Positions 23,757-35,619 of a stretch of DNA of 64,000 nucleotides are shown here, in pieces. The translations under genes were made by a program, and so were the position numbers. Within the stretch, counting starts at the first letter, position 1, and every line of letters begins with the position of its first letter. Below the pieces are notes generated by a model. It was not told the DNA's origin. It made no database searches and was given only the letters and a program-made list of their open reading frames with translations. This stretch comes from Eutreptiella sp. 'Long Island Sound 2002' (Eukaryota > Protista > Euglenida), in contig OZ038378.1 in assembly GCA_964036045.1 (NCBI GenBank), forward strand, positions 2,046,001 through 2,110,000. Direction: 5' to 3'.

Positions 23757-25800
23757 AGGGGCCTCCGGCCAACAGTTAGTTGGGGGGGGGGTAGTTGGCG
23801 ACCAGAACCGAGGGGTTGCCCCCCCCGGGGTCCTACCTTAGCACACTTAGAAAGCATTTGGCGTCGCCACCACTCGTGTGGGTATTGTTTTATCAACAGC
23901 ACCTTACTCAAATGGTATAGATACATGACAAGTGTGTTCACATCAAAACGAAAAAATAGACACTTGCCTATGGTATTGGGTATAATTGAACCCATGGCAG
24001 ATTGGGTGTTTGGGCTGGTTTTGTCGAGCCAGCAACTTGGGGTGGGTGGGTTGCACATACCAGGCTGGTGATAATTTCAGGGAGAGCAATGGGAAGGAGC
24101 TGGCAATGGTGAGTTGGGCTTCCAGGAAAGGAATAGATGTACCCATGTTCTCTACTTTAAGTTTCATACGGATGCACGATGAGAGTGTATGCTTGACATG
24201 ATTCAAGAGCTGGGCGTTGTTGGTGATTTGTGGTGTGTTGAAAAAACGTGAGGACACAAGTGTGAGGTAATTGTCACGGTAGCGGAACAGTGGTGGCAGG
24301 AGGTGAGTCGGCAGATGACGTTCATGGAAAAGTAGTGTAAGGGATGCACTTTGTGCGGAGATTGTTCCGCCCATAGCCATACCTTCGCATTGCTTAAAGG
24401 CTGAAGAAAATGGGTGAAGTAGTCATTGAAAAGCAGTTCGAAGGATAGGAAATTGGACACATCATGAACTGAGAATTGGTAGTACGCCGGGTCAGATTTT
24501 TTGCAGCCAATGGTATCGAGTGAGCGGATGCCTCCCTCATGGATACGAAAGGTTAGCTCCTGTTTCGGCGACTGTTGGCAAGCGTGGTTCGAGAAAAATT
24601 GAATGGCAAGTGGGATGTGGGCACGGTCGAGGCACGGAAACATTCCTTCAATGTCGAGTTCCCCCCAAGTCGGGACTGGCAAGTTAGTGCACCGTAAGTG
24701 GTCAAGAAACCCACGCACTAAGTCCATACCGACACGTTCTATGCTCTGCGGTTGTGATGCCGCATACTTCCATAAGAGGGTGAGTGCTCGGCCCATCAGG
24801 CGATTGTACCGTTTGAAAATATGCGATGAGTGGCGCATCATTTCTCGGACCTTCAGGCGTTCGGATGGTAGTGCCTCTTGGAATTTGTGTTTTTTAAGTA
24901 GTCGGACGTCAGGGACGCCAAACTGATGGTGGGCATCGATTTTCAGTGGTAGTGGTGGGGGTTGTGGTGGGGTTTGGGGTGCATTGGGACTGTCGGGGAG
25001 TGGACAGCTTTTGCGTGTAGTCCCGAACAGGTGGAACACCTTTTTGGGAGTAGTTGTGAATATGCTGGGGCTGTGGGTTCGAGTGGGGATTGCAGCTGAG
25101 TAAGAGGGCGTATGCAGAGGTGTGTTGGTGGGCGGAGGTGCGCGTGCTAGTTGTTTCCCTTTGGACTTAAGCAAGTTGGATAGCAGCAATAAGATTGTGG
25201 GAAAAGAGTGCCATTTGTGTGGTTTTGCGGGCCCACTTTGGGCTAGGGGTTTTTTCAGCGGTGTGAGCAATTGTTTCAGGATGCTTTTGGATGTTCTGGA
25301 CATTTTATGTGTGTTGAAATTCTCCAGTAGCAGTGTCACCTCACTATGGGAGAGTGGGGAACATTGGGTGAAGGTGGAATATGAGCAGTAGGTGCCCCAT
25401 ACAGACAGGGACATAGAGTTGCAAAGGCGCCCCTGTAGGAAGAATGAAGCGTCACATTTGCAGTGAAAGCGGTGAATACCTTGAAGCGGTCGGTGTCAAA
25501 GAAAACCGACTTGTGTATTGCACGCCGTGAATGAACACGACCAAAATTGGGTATTTGTACCCCTTTGTCAAATGTGGACGCAACAAGGTAGGGAGGCAGG
25601 CGGGTGCACTGACGCTTGACGTGGGGGGCTCAACTCACCCACAACGACCAAAAACGGGGGCACCCTAAGTCCAAGTGGCTTGAATGCTCTCTTCGGCAAA
25701 GATAATGTGTGCCGGTGTGGCAAAACCATTGGCAAGACTACCTCCTGCAACAGTGGCGGAGCCAATCACCTTAACCGCATAAGTTTGCCCTTTGTGGGAC
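22959..25800 (-). mobile_element. Penelope-like reverse transcriptase, family B (YRDN), interrupted by a MITE
   Basis: STFDKG (~25550), VPDVRLLKKHK..KVREMMRHSSHIF, ELDIEGMFPCL, MAMGGTISAQSASL, FRYRDN (24281-24270), QYPHEWW. After removing 23062-23829 plus one TSD copy, the frame reads LSKCAKVGHPNAPLAAIY... to TGA at 22961-22959. Confidence 0.85.
23062..23829. mobile_element. 768-bp non-autonomous DNA transposon (MITE) with short G/C TIRs and 8-bp TSD (hAT-like)
   Basis: TIR cccggggggggcgac / gttgccccccccggg; TSD gtcctacc at 23054-23061 and 23830-23837. Removal restores the PLE-B frame. Internal parts are homologous to 33680-33790 and 37060-37270. Confidence 0.85.
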
Positions 25801-26199
25801 AACTTTTTGGCAATGGTTGTGCGTGTGTTTTTGTTTCTGACTGTCATGTCTAATTGGAATCGGGCTTCATCGAATGAAACAATTCAACCCAAAGCCCAAG
25901 GATGGAACTTGATGGACTAACTAAGAGGCTCATCTACTGAGTAACTAGGGTTCTTGAAAGTAAAGCCCAAATCAACAAATGTTTGTTCCAAGATTTGGTA
26001 GTGTTTGCCAACATTCTTTGAAGTGGTCCATCGTTCGCGATCCACCTCTAAAGGCTTTGCTGCTGCGGTACCGAGCCTCTCATGGTACCTACGCGGCCCG
26101 TTGTAATACCAACTTTCGCGAACTTCACCGTGCATGAACAAGGAAACCAACTTAGTTCCTTGAATCAAGTATAAGGTATTGATCCTTCCTTAAATATTG

Positions 26200-28150
26200 G
26201 AAAGTTTACACTTCGCAATGCAGTGCAGAAGTTGACAAGTTTGCACTCGACATCGGGGGGCACAAAAGTAGCCTTCCCTCTCTTCTTGGCGGGGGGGCAC
26301 CGTCATCTTCGGCGGCCTTGGCACAAGTAGTGTGGGACAAGTTTATGCTAAAGCGAAGGTACACCGCATAAGCAGCTTTACGAGAACTTAGTTTCCCTTT
26401 ACTTACATTTTGACCCGCCCATTGGTAGGCTTGGACATATATAGGTGCCAAGGATCAACCTTAACATCTTCTTAACGTCGAGGAGTTCACTCTTGAGGTT
26501 GAGGGGCATTCACCTCCGTTTCAATGCAGACTCCTTCTTCCTTCAGCTTCTTCAAGTAGTAGGCAATATGGTTCTTAGGAATAACCCACTTCTTTTCGGC
26601 TTGTGTCGGACCTTTGAGAACTCCATTGAGGATGTCCCATGCACCTCGCAAGGCACGATCTTTTTGAGACGGAGTTGCAATCAACTTCTCATGGTCTGTG
26701 ACCACAGGGGATTTCCGAGAAGATCTCCTCATAATGATGAGAAATTTGACAGAAAAGGAGAAAAAACGGTTGTTCAAATATTGGACTTTAAAGTGGCACT
26801 TTGGCTCCAATTCACCTAGGCGAGCATCTGTTGCAATGGAGCCATTGTGTTGCTGACAAATTTTTTCAGGCTGGCTTTCAAGATTGTTGGTTGCTTTTTC
26901 ATTGTGTGCTGGATCCGTGATCAACATATTTGTGGATGTGATTTGGGGGCCACCCGCAACGAGCGAGAACATCTATCCATTCTCCCTCTTCTCGCTCTCC
27001 TCGGGACTCTGCCTTACCGTTTGAGGCAACAACTCTATCACGTTTCCCGTACCCAGTGAACGTACCTAGGTCATCAATGATGCCAATTTGGTCCGGGTCC
27101 TTCATTCCTTTGTCTAACAAGAATTATTTGCAACCGGTATATTGCCGTTCAACGAACTCTTTGCATTGTCAAGTGCGTGCAAATCGAAGAGGCTCCGATG
27201 CCCGTCTCTCACTACCACCACCAGACTGCCCGTGGAGGCCTTCAAAGTGCCAGCTCTTGCGTGATATGTTCGCGGAACGCATCTTGTGCATTGAAGGCTT
27301 TTAGGCACCATAACCTCATTCACGCAAGTACCCTAGCAAGATCCCTGCGGTGTGGAATTTTCCAGCGAAGGAGGAGTCGGGGATCTTTCTTGTCCACATG
27401 GACAATCGATCCATCCTGTTTTGATGGTTTGGGCCACGGAGTTTCCAGTTGCATTTGAGCCATTGCGTTTCCAACAATTTGCTTAAGGCCGGCTTTCAAG
27501 ATTCTTGGGTTCTTTTCCGTTGTTTGCTCCATTTGTGGTCTACAAATAGAAGGGTGCGAGTTGGGGGCCACCTGCCTCCAACGAGAACACTTATCCATTC
27601 TCGCTCTTCTCGCTCTCCTCGGGGCTCTACCTTGCCTTTGAGGCAACAACTCTACTGCGGTTCCCACACCCAATAAACGCACCTATGTCATCAATGATGA
27701 CAATTTGGTCCGGGTCCTTCATTCCTTTGTCTAACACGAATCCTTTGCAACCGGTAAACCATTTTTCAACGAACTCTTTGCATACTCAAGTGCGTGCAAA
27801 TCGATGAGGCTCCAATGTCCGTCCGTGAATACCTCCCATGGACGGTCCATGGAGGCCTGCAAACAAGGTGCCAACATTTGCGTGGCATACTTGCACAACA
27901 CAATTTCTGTATTTTGAGCACCGTATCACATAAGCTCGTTCACGCAAGTCGCCAAGCACATTCCCTGGTTTGTGGGATTTATCGGGGAAGAAGGAGTGGA
28001 CAATTGATCCATCCCGTTGTGATGGTTGGGGCTGGGCCGTTTTCGGTATTAAAACAACCTGCGAGCAGTCCAGCACCGCCTTCTCGGTAAATCTCCATAC
28101 CATATGCCGCTGTAGTAGATTGCCCACCACTGTATTAAAATCCATCAACT
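26200..28150 (-). mobile_element. pogo/Tigger-like DDE transposase relic with internal ~600-bp tandem duplication
   Basis: Two further DPDQI.I.DD and DGH.SL blocks (27086/27703; 27398/27996) homologous to 15040-15860, then CHFKVQYLNNRFF (QPLD-like third-Asp region) in ORF 26487-26972. Confidence 0.7.
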
Positions 28151-29905
28151 AGTATTAAAATCCTTGAACCACACATCACTCTGTAAGAATGAAGTTTCGC
28201 AAAAGACATCAAATTAGAATCAAAATAAATCCCAAATCCCAAATCCCAAATTTTTTTTTCTAATAAATATGGAAAAGCTTCGCCTTTTGTGTGCGCGCGC
28301 TGAAGCATGTGTGTGTGCTGGTGCCAGCATCTGCAGTAAAAGGGATTTCCTTAAGAAAACCTACATGTGATTAATTATGATTAGCAAAAATCACCGTCGT
28401 ATGAAAAACATTTGTAGGAACTATTCAAATTCGTACGAAAGTAGTAAGTTCGTACGAGTTCCCAGTGGGCTCCTAGGGACCGAGCAGGCTGAGCGGCGCA
28501 GCACAGGGCACCCAAGGGCAGCACTTGGGAGGGCGTGTGCCCGGCTGCCCTGCTGCTTGGCGGGCCCGGTGTGTGGTATGCGCCTCGCCTGGCTCTCCCT
28601 CTAGAGGCAATCCGTGAGCCCCTGAGGCTCTCTTCACACTGAAGAGAATGGCCCAAACCCCAAGCCCCCCGTAAGAGTTTTGGCCCCGGAGACTTCGACA
28701 TGGTGGAGGCATGATGGTGCTTCCCATTGCAGACGTACTGGACAGGGAGTGCAGTTCTATGACCATCTTTGATCCAATGTTGTCTCTTGGGTGATTTCCT
28801 GCGCAACTGTGCGGCTGGGCATGAGGGTGATCAGTGTGCGGGTGTGGGGGTCATTCTCCATTGCCACGGCGGCGGTTGCGGCTCAACTGACGGTGTACCC
28901 CATGCTGGTTGGCCTACAACCGACAGCAGCTCATGGCCAGCCAGCATTGAGGCGCGGGCGTACCAGATTCTGTGCAGGGCGGGGGGGGAGGGGTTGCAGT
29001 GACATGCCTGGCTGGTGGCTCCTTTCTTCTGCTTTGGTTCGCAACGCTGTTCGCTGCAGCCAGGGGTGCAGTGGGGGGAGGGGGGCTTGAGCAGGCCAAC
29101 GCTTGATGGCTGCAGATGCCACTGATGGGAGACGCCTGTTGACCAGGCATGTATTGTAGGCAGAGGGGGCTTCTTCCTTGTGCTGTCTCCTGCATGTGCA
29201 GTTTGTGGTGCCGGCAGTAGCACCACCACACACAGTGACGGCTCACCCCTCACCATACGGGCGGGGGGGGGGGGGGGGTCAGAAGTGTTTCGGAAGGCGG
29301 TGGGAGGGGGTCGGCTGGTGGAAGGGGTTGGGCCGCCGGTAAGAAGATTTTGCGCACAGTGCAAATTTTCTTGCACTGCCAGAAATACCACTTGCCAAAT
29401 TTAATGCGGGCCATTATTGGCCAATGGCCCCTTGGGGCTTGGATCCCATTCCTACCGCACCTTCCCCTGCTCGTCATGCCTGCTGACTCCCAACCCTAAC
29501 CCCAAGAAATGGGAGGAATGGTTGCAGAGCGGGGGGTCCTCTCTGCTTTAGGGACCCTGATGCCACAGGGGAGATGTAGCGATCGTAGAGGTTGCCCCCT
29601 GCCACCCCTAACCCATGGCCCTGTGTCACATTTCCCACATTGGTGGTGCTGGGCACCCTCCAAACCTCACTGTCATGGGTAGTGGCCCATGGCGGGGCTG
29701 AGCCCTGTTCGCATGTCTGGACGGAGCATTCAGCGGTCACGCTGCTTGCGAGTGCAACGCCCGTGTCAGAACGACTCGACACGGCATGACACAAGGCGCT
29801 GTTTCTGCAACCATGGAATCAGGGGTTCCATGTTATGGTGGTCCCTGAAGATCAAGTCTTTTCTAGGACTTCGGGCTGGGGATGGCAGGTTTGGGGTGCT
29901 GATTA

Positions 29906-30326
29906 CCACCCCCCCCCCTTGTCTAAGCTACGGCCGTGTCTAAGCTACAGTAGGCGTAGGGACCGTATTAATTTGGTACCTAATTTTAATTCGGTACCAA
30001 ATTTAGTGCAACCACATAAGACATGGGTTTGACGAATTTGCCAGGTACATAGGGTCATGTACACATTTGTTGTGAGTGTTTGCCCACTTGAACCCACATA
30101 ACTCTGATTTTGGGGGTATTTGTGGATTATATTCCCCCTTCTTGCACTAGCTCACCATGCAATCTTCTCTTTTTGAACCCGGACGCCCGGTTATTTTCAC
30201 ACGTTCCACGTGTGTGTCAGTAGTTGTATATGTCGCGCGCAAGCTACGGCCGTGTCTAAGCTACAGTAGGCGTAGGGACCGTATTAATTTGGTACTTTGG
30301 CGTAGCTTAGACAAGGGGGGGGCGGG
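29906..30326. mobile_element. 421-bp MITE, TA TSD (Tc1/mariner/pogo type), copy 1
   Basis: TIR cc.ccccccccttgtctaagctacg / cgtagcttagacaagggggggcgggg; TA at 29904-29905 and 30327-30328; internal ~55-bp direct repeat. Confidence 0.92.
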
Positions 30327-32209
30327 GTACTGTCCTGCCACTTGTTGCCCCACCCCTGCCCACGCTTTGCTTCGCTGTTTGAGCACGTTCATCGGTGCTT
30401 GTGTCTTTTCACGGTGTGCGCAAACATCGCGTTGTCAGACCAGCAGATGCTGCTTCTGTCATTTAGAGTGCGTTTGCCATTGTTCTCGCAAGGGGGTGTT
30501 ATGAGATCACGTTCCGCATTCAGGAGAATGCATATCTCTCTGGGGCACCGGATTTCATGCCAACACGGAGCGTTTTCAGGGGTTGGTGCCTTTCTTGCCT
30601 CATTTGTGCCCGCTGACTGTCCCAAAGGGGGGGGTATGTGGGGTATATTCGGAAAGCCCTTGAAAAGGGCTGTTTGGAACACCCTGGGTTCGCATGCTGT
30701 ACTAGCGACATGTTTGAGGGTTTCGTCCATTTTGTACAGCATGTGTGCTGCCTGCTGCCTCTCTTTGTCAACAGGCAGCTACTATGTCTGTATACAAATT
30801 CAGGCAACGTGCTGTAGCGTCCCCCGACGCACCACAAAAACCTTTGGTGCGCAAAAGGGCTCGCTCTGGGGGTGCAGAGTGGGTGCGTGTGACCCGGGGT
30901 CCTGCCAAGCAAACCAAGAAGCCTCGTACAGGCCGCTGCTTTTGCAGCCCAGTTTTGGGATAAAAAGACACACCCCACCAAGGCTTCGCAACATGAATTT
31001 CTGGCAACCTGCATCGACGTCAACTTGGAACAAAATGTGAAACATGCAGGTGCGTAGAGGCCTTCAGGCAGCCACCTGGACCATCAGCGGAAGCCTGTTC
31101 TGATCAGAGATGAGATAATAAAGTGGTTGGATTTTGGCAAGACACCTGACCCTGAAAACCTTGAGGCCCATCCCGGTTTTGTCTGGGTGAAATCAGGGTA
31201 CAGTGAGGCCATTCCATGGCGCAAGGTCCAGCTCACCAGCTGTTCGCAGGAACCGGATGTCCCAGAGAGATATTGTTCCCTCAGTGACGTCCCAGATGTC
31301 GTACTGTTTCGGGTCTGCGAAAGCCGTAGGGTTGCATGCACTTGTGCCCAAGTAGTCCACTGGGATTCATGGCTCCCAGGTCTAGGCAGCCAGAAACGGC
31401 CAAAGGCCGGAACTGAACCTGCTTCTCAGCACACAGACGTGTGTAGCCTTTTGATCCTCCAAAGGTCTTGAACAAAAGGGGGAGGGGCGGAAAACTCTTT
31501 GAAACTCTGAAAATCAAAAATGGGGTGGTGTTTTACCCCTGTGTGGCATAAGCGTTCATGGTTGTGTGGGTCACCAACGGCCACTTTGGATGTGCAAATG
31601 TAAGTCCTTCCTCATTTCACAGTTATGCCAACCCAAGTTCCTGTCTTTCTGCCCTTGGGGCAAGCAAACGTTGCGGAAAGCATCTGTTTTGCCCCAATCC
31701 CCTGAAACAGCAAGGTAATGTCGTACTGTACCACACCTAGGGGCCGTGGAAAAATGTCCACATCAGACTCGGAATCACAAGCTCACTTGTCAGCTTAACA
31801 AGTTGAAATGGTTAATCCATTTACTGCACATTGGTGATCTTCTGACATTGCGATGACAAGCATGTGGGATATTGCTGATCTGAATTGCCTGATTTGGTCA
31901 TATCTCTTTCCTTGTCACCATACTTTGGCTCAAGGGGTATACCAAAGTAGAAAACTTTCAACAAACCACTTAAGTCCTTACAAGCAAGGTTGACAAGAGC
32001 ACTCGTCCACCACTTGATCTACCCACCACTCATGGAAGTGAACCCATTTATTCCGGAGGGGGTGTTCAAAGCACAAAGGGCGCCACCTTTGTGGTGTGGC
32101 ACTTTGAATTTTTTATTTCAACAATTATCTGATGCTTTTGGGGAAGTTGAGTTGGCTTAGAAAAGTGGTCAACAGACTGACTGGCGTGTGCTTGGGGGGG
32201 GGGGGGGGG

Positions 32210-32570
32210 CTTAGCGCTATGCACGCTCAGTGCAACTATTTGGGCATCTGGCCGTACTAGAGACCCATACGTTGTGATACTAGGGGCATTATTGTTGTTT
32301 GAGAGTAGGTTTTGATGCTTCTTTCACATTGGGGATATGGCATTCTCACCCAATTTCACCCATTTCCACCCGTTTTCACACTTTTTTGCTCGTTTCCACC
32401 ACATCCACTCTTTTCTAGGGTGATTTCTCCCCACCATAGGGATGCCAAGAAGGCAGAGGTTCAATTGCACACACTCGTTTCTATGCCCTTCGTTGTATCT
32501 GTGCAGAGTGGCGAAGAACCATTTCTCATCTCATCTCATTTGGGAGGACAAGCGCGCATCGGGCGGCCAA
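32210..32570 (+). repeat. Dispersed repeat family R5, homologous to 57078-57610
   Basis: Shared ttagcgc start, ...tgtgatact.gggcattatt...tttgatgcttctttcacatt...tttccaccacatccactc... core and agcgcgc..gggcg end. Confidence 0.75.
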
Positions 32571-32959
32571 AGATTCCATTAGGAAGTGGAAGCATTGAAG
32601 CAAGTCCCATTATTCGACACAAGGACGCTACCAAGGCTCATGAGTACCATGTACGTTAAGGAAAGTGCGTTCATGGATCGGATTACATGCAAATTTGCCC
32701 CATCTCAACCTTCATCGCTAAATATGGTGCCATCGTGGATTATGTCTCTTGTGAAGGGAAGATAGCTTGTCTTGAGCTTGGAGTTTGGATCACCTAACTT
32801 TAAGGGCGTTTGGAAGGGGGGGAGACTTCAGGGGGGGGGACCACGGGGTCACGGGGGGGACCACGGGGTTGGGGGGGGCTTCTTAGTTGTGGTGCGTGAC
32901 TCCCCCCCCCCCTGGCCCTCCGGGCGCACTTAGCTGCCAAAGGTCAATAGCTACAAGCC

Positions 32960-33575
32960 ATACACATGGTGGCGCCAAAGGCACCCAAAAATCACCTCGA
33001 AGAGAGGGTGCTGGATCAAGCGCACGCACGGGCGTCCCTTTTACACCCCTTTTGGGGGGTCATTGGCGTAGCATACCCAAGGCATGATATTGGATGTGCA
33101 ACCCCTTGCAAAATCATTATTATGCCCAATAAGACAATCCCCCAATGGATTTTTTGTATTCTGAGGCCTCTATCCCGTGAAACTGGATGTCACTTTTGGG
33201 GGGGGGGGGGTTCAAAAGTTTGTGCTCGGAAGGGTTTGAACAAGGGTTAGATTGGGCAAAGCTGACAGCTGGCCGTCAGCCGGTGCCACCGGCGATCGGC
33301 CGACCGGAATTCAACCGGAATTCGAACCACACACCTGCACGTCTGCGGTCTGTTGCATTACCATTCAACCGTGATTTGTTTTGACAGTGGCTATTCTCCC
33401 TAATGCTTGAAGCCGAGTCTACCACTGAAAAAACCCAAACTGTGTGTTTTTGTCTGCCTGCCTGCTTGCCCAACTGACTGTCTCATTGCCTGCTTGCCTA
33501 ACTAATTGACTGATTGGCTACTGACTGTCAGCCTCTCTTCGAGGTGCATTGCCGAAGGCAATAGATTTTTTTTTC
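32960..33575 (+). repeat. Dispersed repeat family R1
   Basis: Colinear with 14350-14930. Confidence 0.85.
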
Positions 33576-34169
33576 ATTCCCCTTGCCCACGTGGCACCCC
33601 TCCTTGCCCAGGCGCTAGAGCGTGGATGGGAGGCACCCCCCTTGCCCATTTTGTCCACTTTGCGCCCCAACAATATCCTTGAACCCTTGACTCTAACGCC
33701 CACCCCAACCCTCAGCCTAGTCCTCACCCTACACCTACCCCTGACCCTAACCCGAACCCTAATCAAGACTGAATATTGGGACTCCCTGCACAAACCACCC
33801 TTCATGGTCTGCGCAGGTTTGCTTGGATGCTCTAGATACTAGGGACAAGCCTAGAAGCGAGCCATGCATGCAATAGTCTGTAGTGGATGAACAATGGTAC
33901 ATGGGTTACGCGCAGGAGTGTAGCAAATATGGTTGGGACGGCGATGAAGTGGATAGCACCAGCGAAGACTAAGGATACCGAGGATTGGAATTGTGAACAA
34001 AGACCACTCAGAACATTCATTGGCGAGAGAAGGAGCAAAATGAGCAAAACGTTTGACGTTGGCTATGCGATGCGGTTTACCTGCACGGTTTAGTGCAGGA
34101 TACCGTTGAAGTGGAAAGGCACACTGAATATTAAGGATTCCGAAGATTGGGAGAGCAACAAAAATTGGT

Positions 34170-35040
34170 GGTGATTAATGGGATCGCGGTGAAGCGAAAG
34201 CCAAGCACCAAAATGTTGAATTACTCCAAAAAAAATGATGCATGATAGCCGAATGGCACATGCAATGCGGAGTGCTGTAAGCGACGGTGGTAAGCGATAG
34301 AATTGTACTAGTGCTACAGCCAAACTGAAAGTGGCCGCGATCAAATGAGCAAATGTGTGGCATCATGTACCTGCCGTATACAAAGCAACAAACACACTGC
34401 CCCATAAGTGTCCACTTCTTACCCGAATCCAATAAAAAAGAACTGAAATTATCAGGCATCATACATCGAGCACCTTAGAACATTAACATTCGTGCAACAC
34501 CCATTTGCGTATTTCCACCCACCCGAGCACAAAAAAGGATTACTGTCATTCAAAACTATGCGGCAAACAAAGATGGGATTGTGGTGAAGTGAATGCCACT
34601 TCCCGACACAAAAAAAAGGTGGCCATGAGTGAAGTGGGGAAGTGGGGGGGGGGGGGCACAAAAAATAGTATCATTGCAATCTATTGAGCAAACATTGATG
34701 GGATCGCGGTAAACCGAATGCCACTCGCCAACACAAAAAGAGGTAGCCAAAAAGGGGGGATGAGGGGGGGCATAAAAAGTAGTATCATTACAAACTAGTC
34801 AACAAACGTTGATGGGATTGCGGTGAAGCGAAAGCCACTTGCCAACACAAAAAAAGGTAGCCAAAAGGGGCGGCGGAGGCGGGGGGGGGGGGGGGATAAA
34901 AAAATAGTATCATTACAAACTATTCAGCAAACATTGATGGGATCGCGGTGAAGCGAAAGCCACTTGCCAACACAAAAAGAGGGAGCCAAAAAGGCGGGAG
35001 GAGGGGGGGGGGGGGGGCACAACAAATTACAAACTAGTCA
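34170..35040. repeat. Tandem ~115-125 bp repeats (4 consecutive units from ~34565 plus an upstream partial)
   Basis: atgggat(c/t)g(c/t)ggt recurs at 34573, 34698, 34812, 34937. Confidence 0.85.
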
Positions 35041-35619
35041 ACAATAGGATTGCAAAGGCTTTTTAGGAACTTGCATGGGCTAATATGGGTCAAATACAAC
35101 TCAAAATAGCCTTAAACCACTTGTTTGAGCACCCCAAATGATCTAGGAACAATTTTGGAAAAAATCTTTTTTGACCATTTTTGGACCCTCGGGTGACCCC
35201 GTAACCCTACCCCAGCACGTGCACTGTGCGCGCTCTGTCACTCCCCGGTGCCAAAATGGGGCATTGAAGGGTGTTGACGGCACGGAAATAGCTTGCAACT
35301 GATCCTCTTCATCATTGTTTATCACCACAAGGGTGCCCAACGCGATCCATGGCCATCAAACACAGATCAGGAAGGTGGAACTTAAATAGGTATGCAAAAA
35401 GGGTGCTTTTCAAGTCTCATCGTGCGGTCTTTTGGGCCCAAACGGGGTCCATAGGGCAACTATTCACGTGCATAACACACTAAACGGGGATCAAAAGTGT
35501 TTCTTCATCATCCATGTTGGTTGCAATGCAATTGGACCCCTCCATGGACATCCTAGGCACCCAAGCTGCCCCAAAATTGCCAATTTTTGGCCATTTTCAA
35601 CAGATTGCGAAATGGAGGC

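Noticed and set aside
29590-29800. RNase H-like LSWVVAHGG fragment
   Set aside because: Single short motif with no supporting catalytic residues.
30340-32100. hAT transposase remnant on the minus strand (ALVNLACKDL; LNAERDL)
   Set aside because: Only vague motif similarity across different frames; not supportable without a search.
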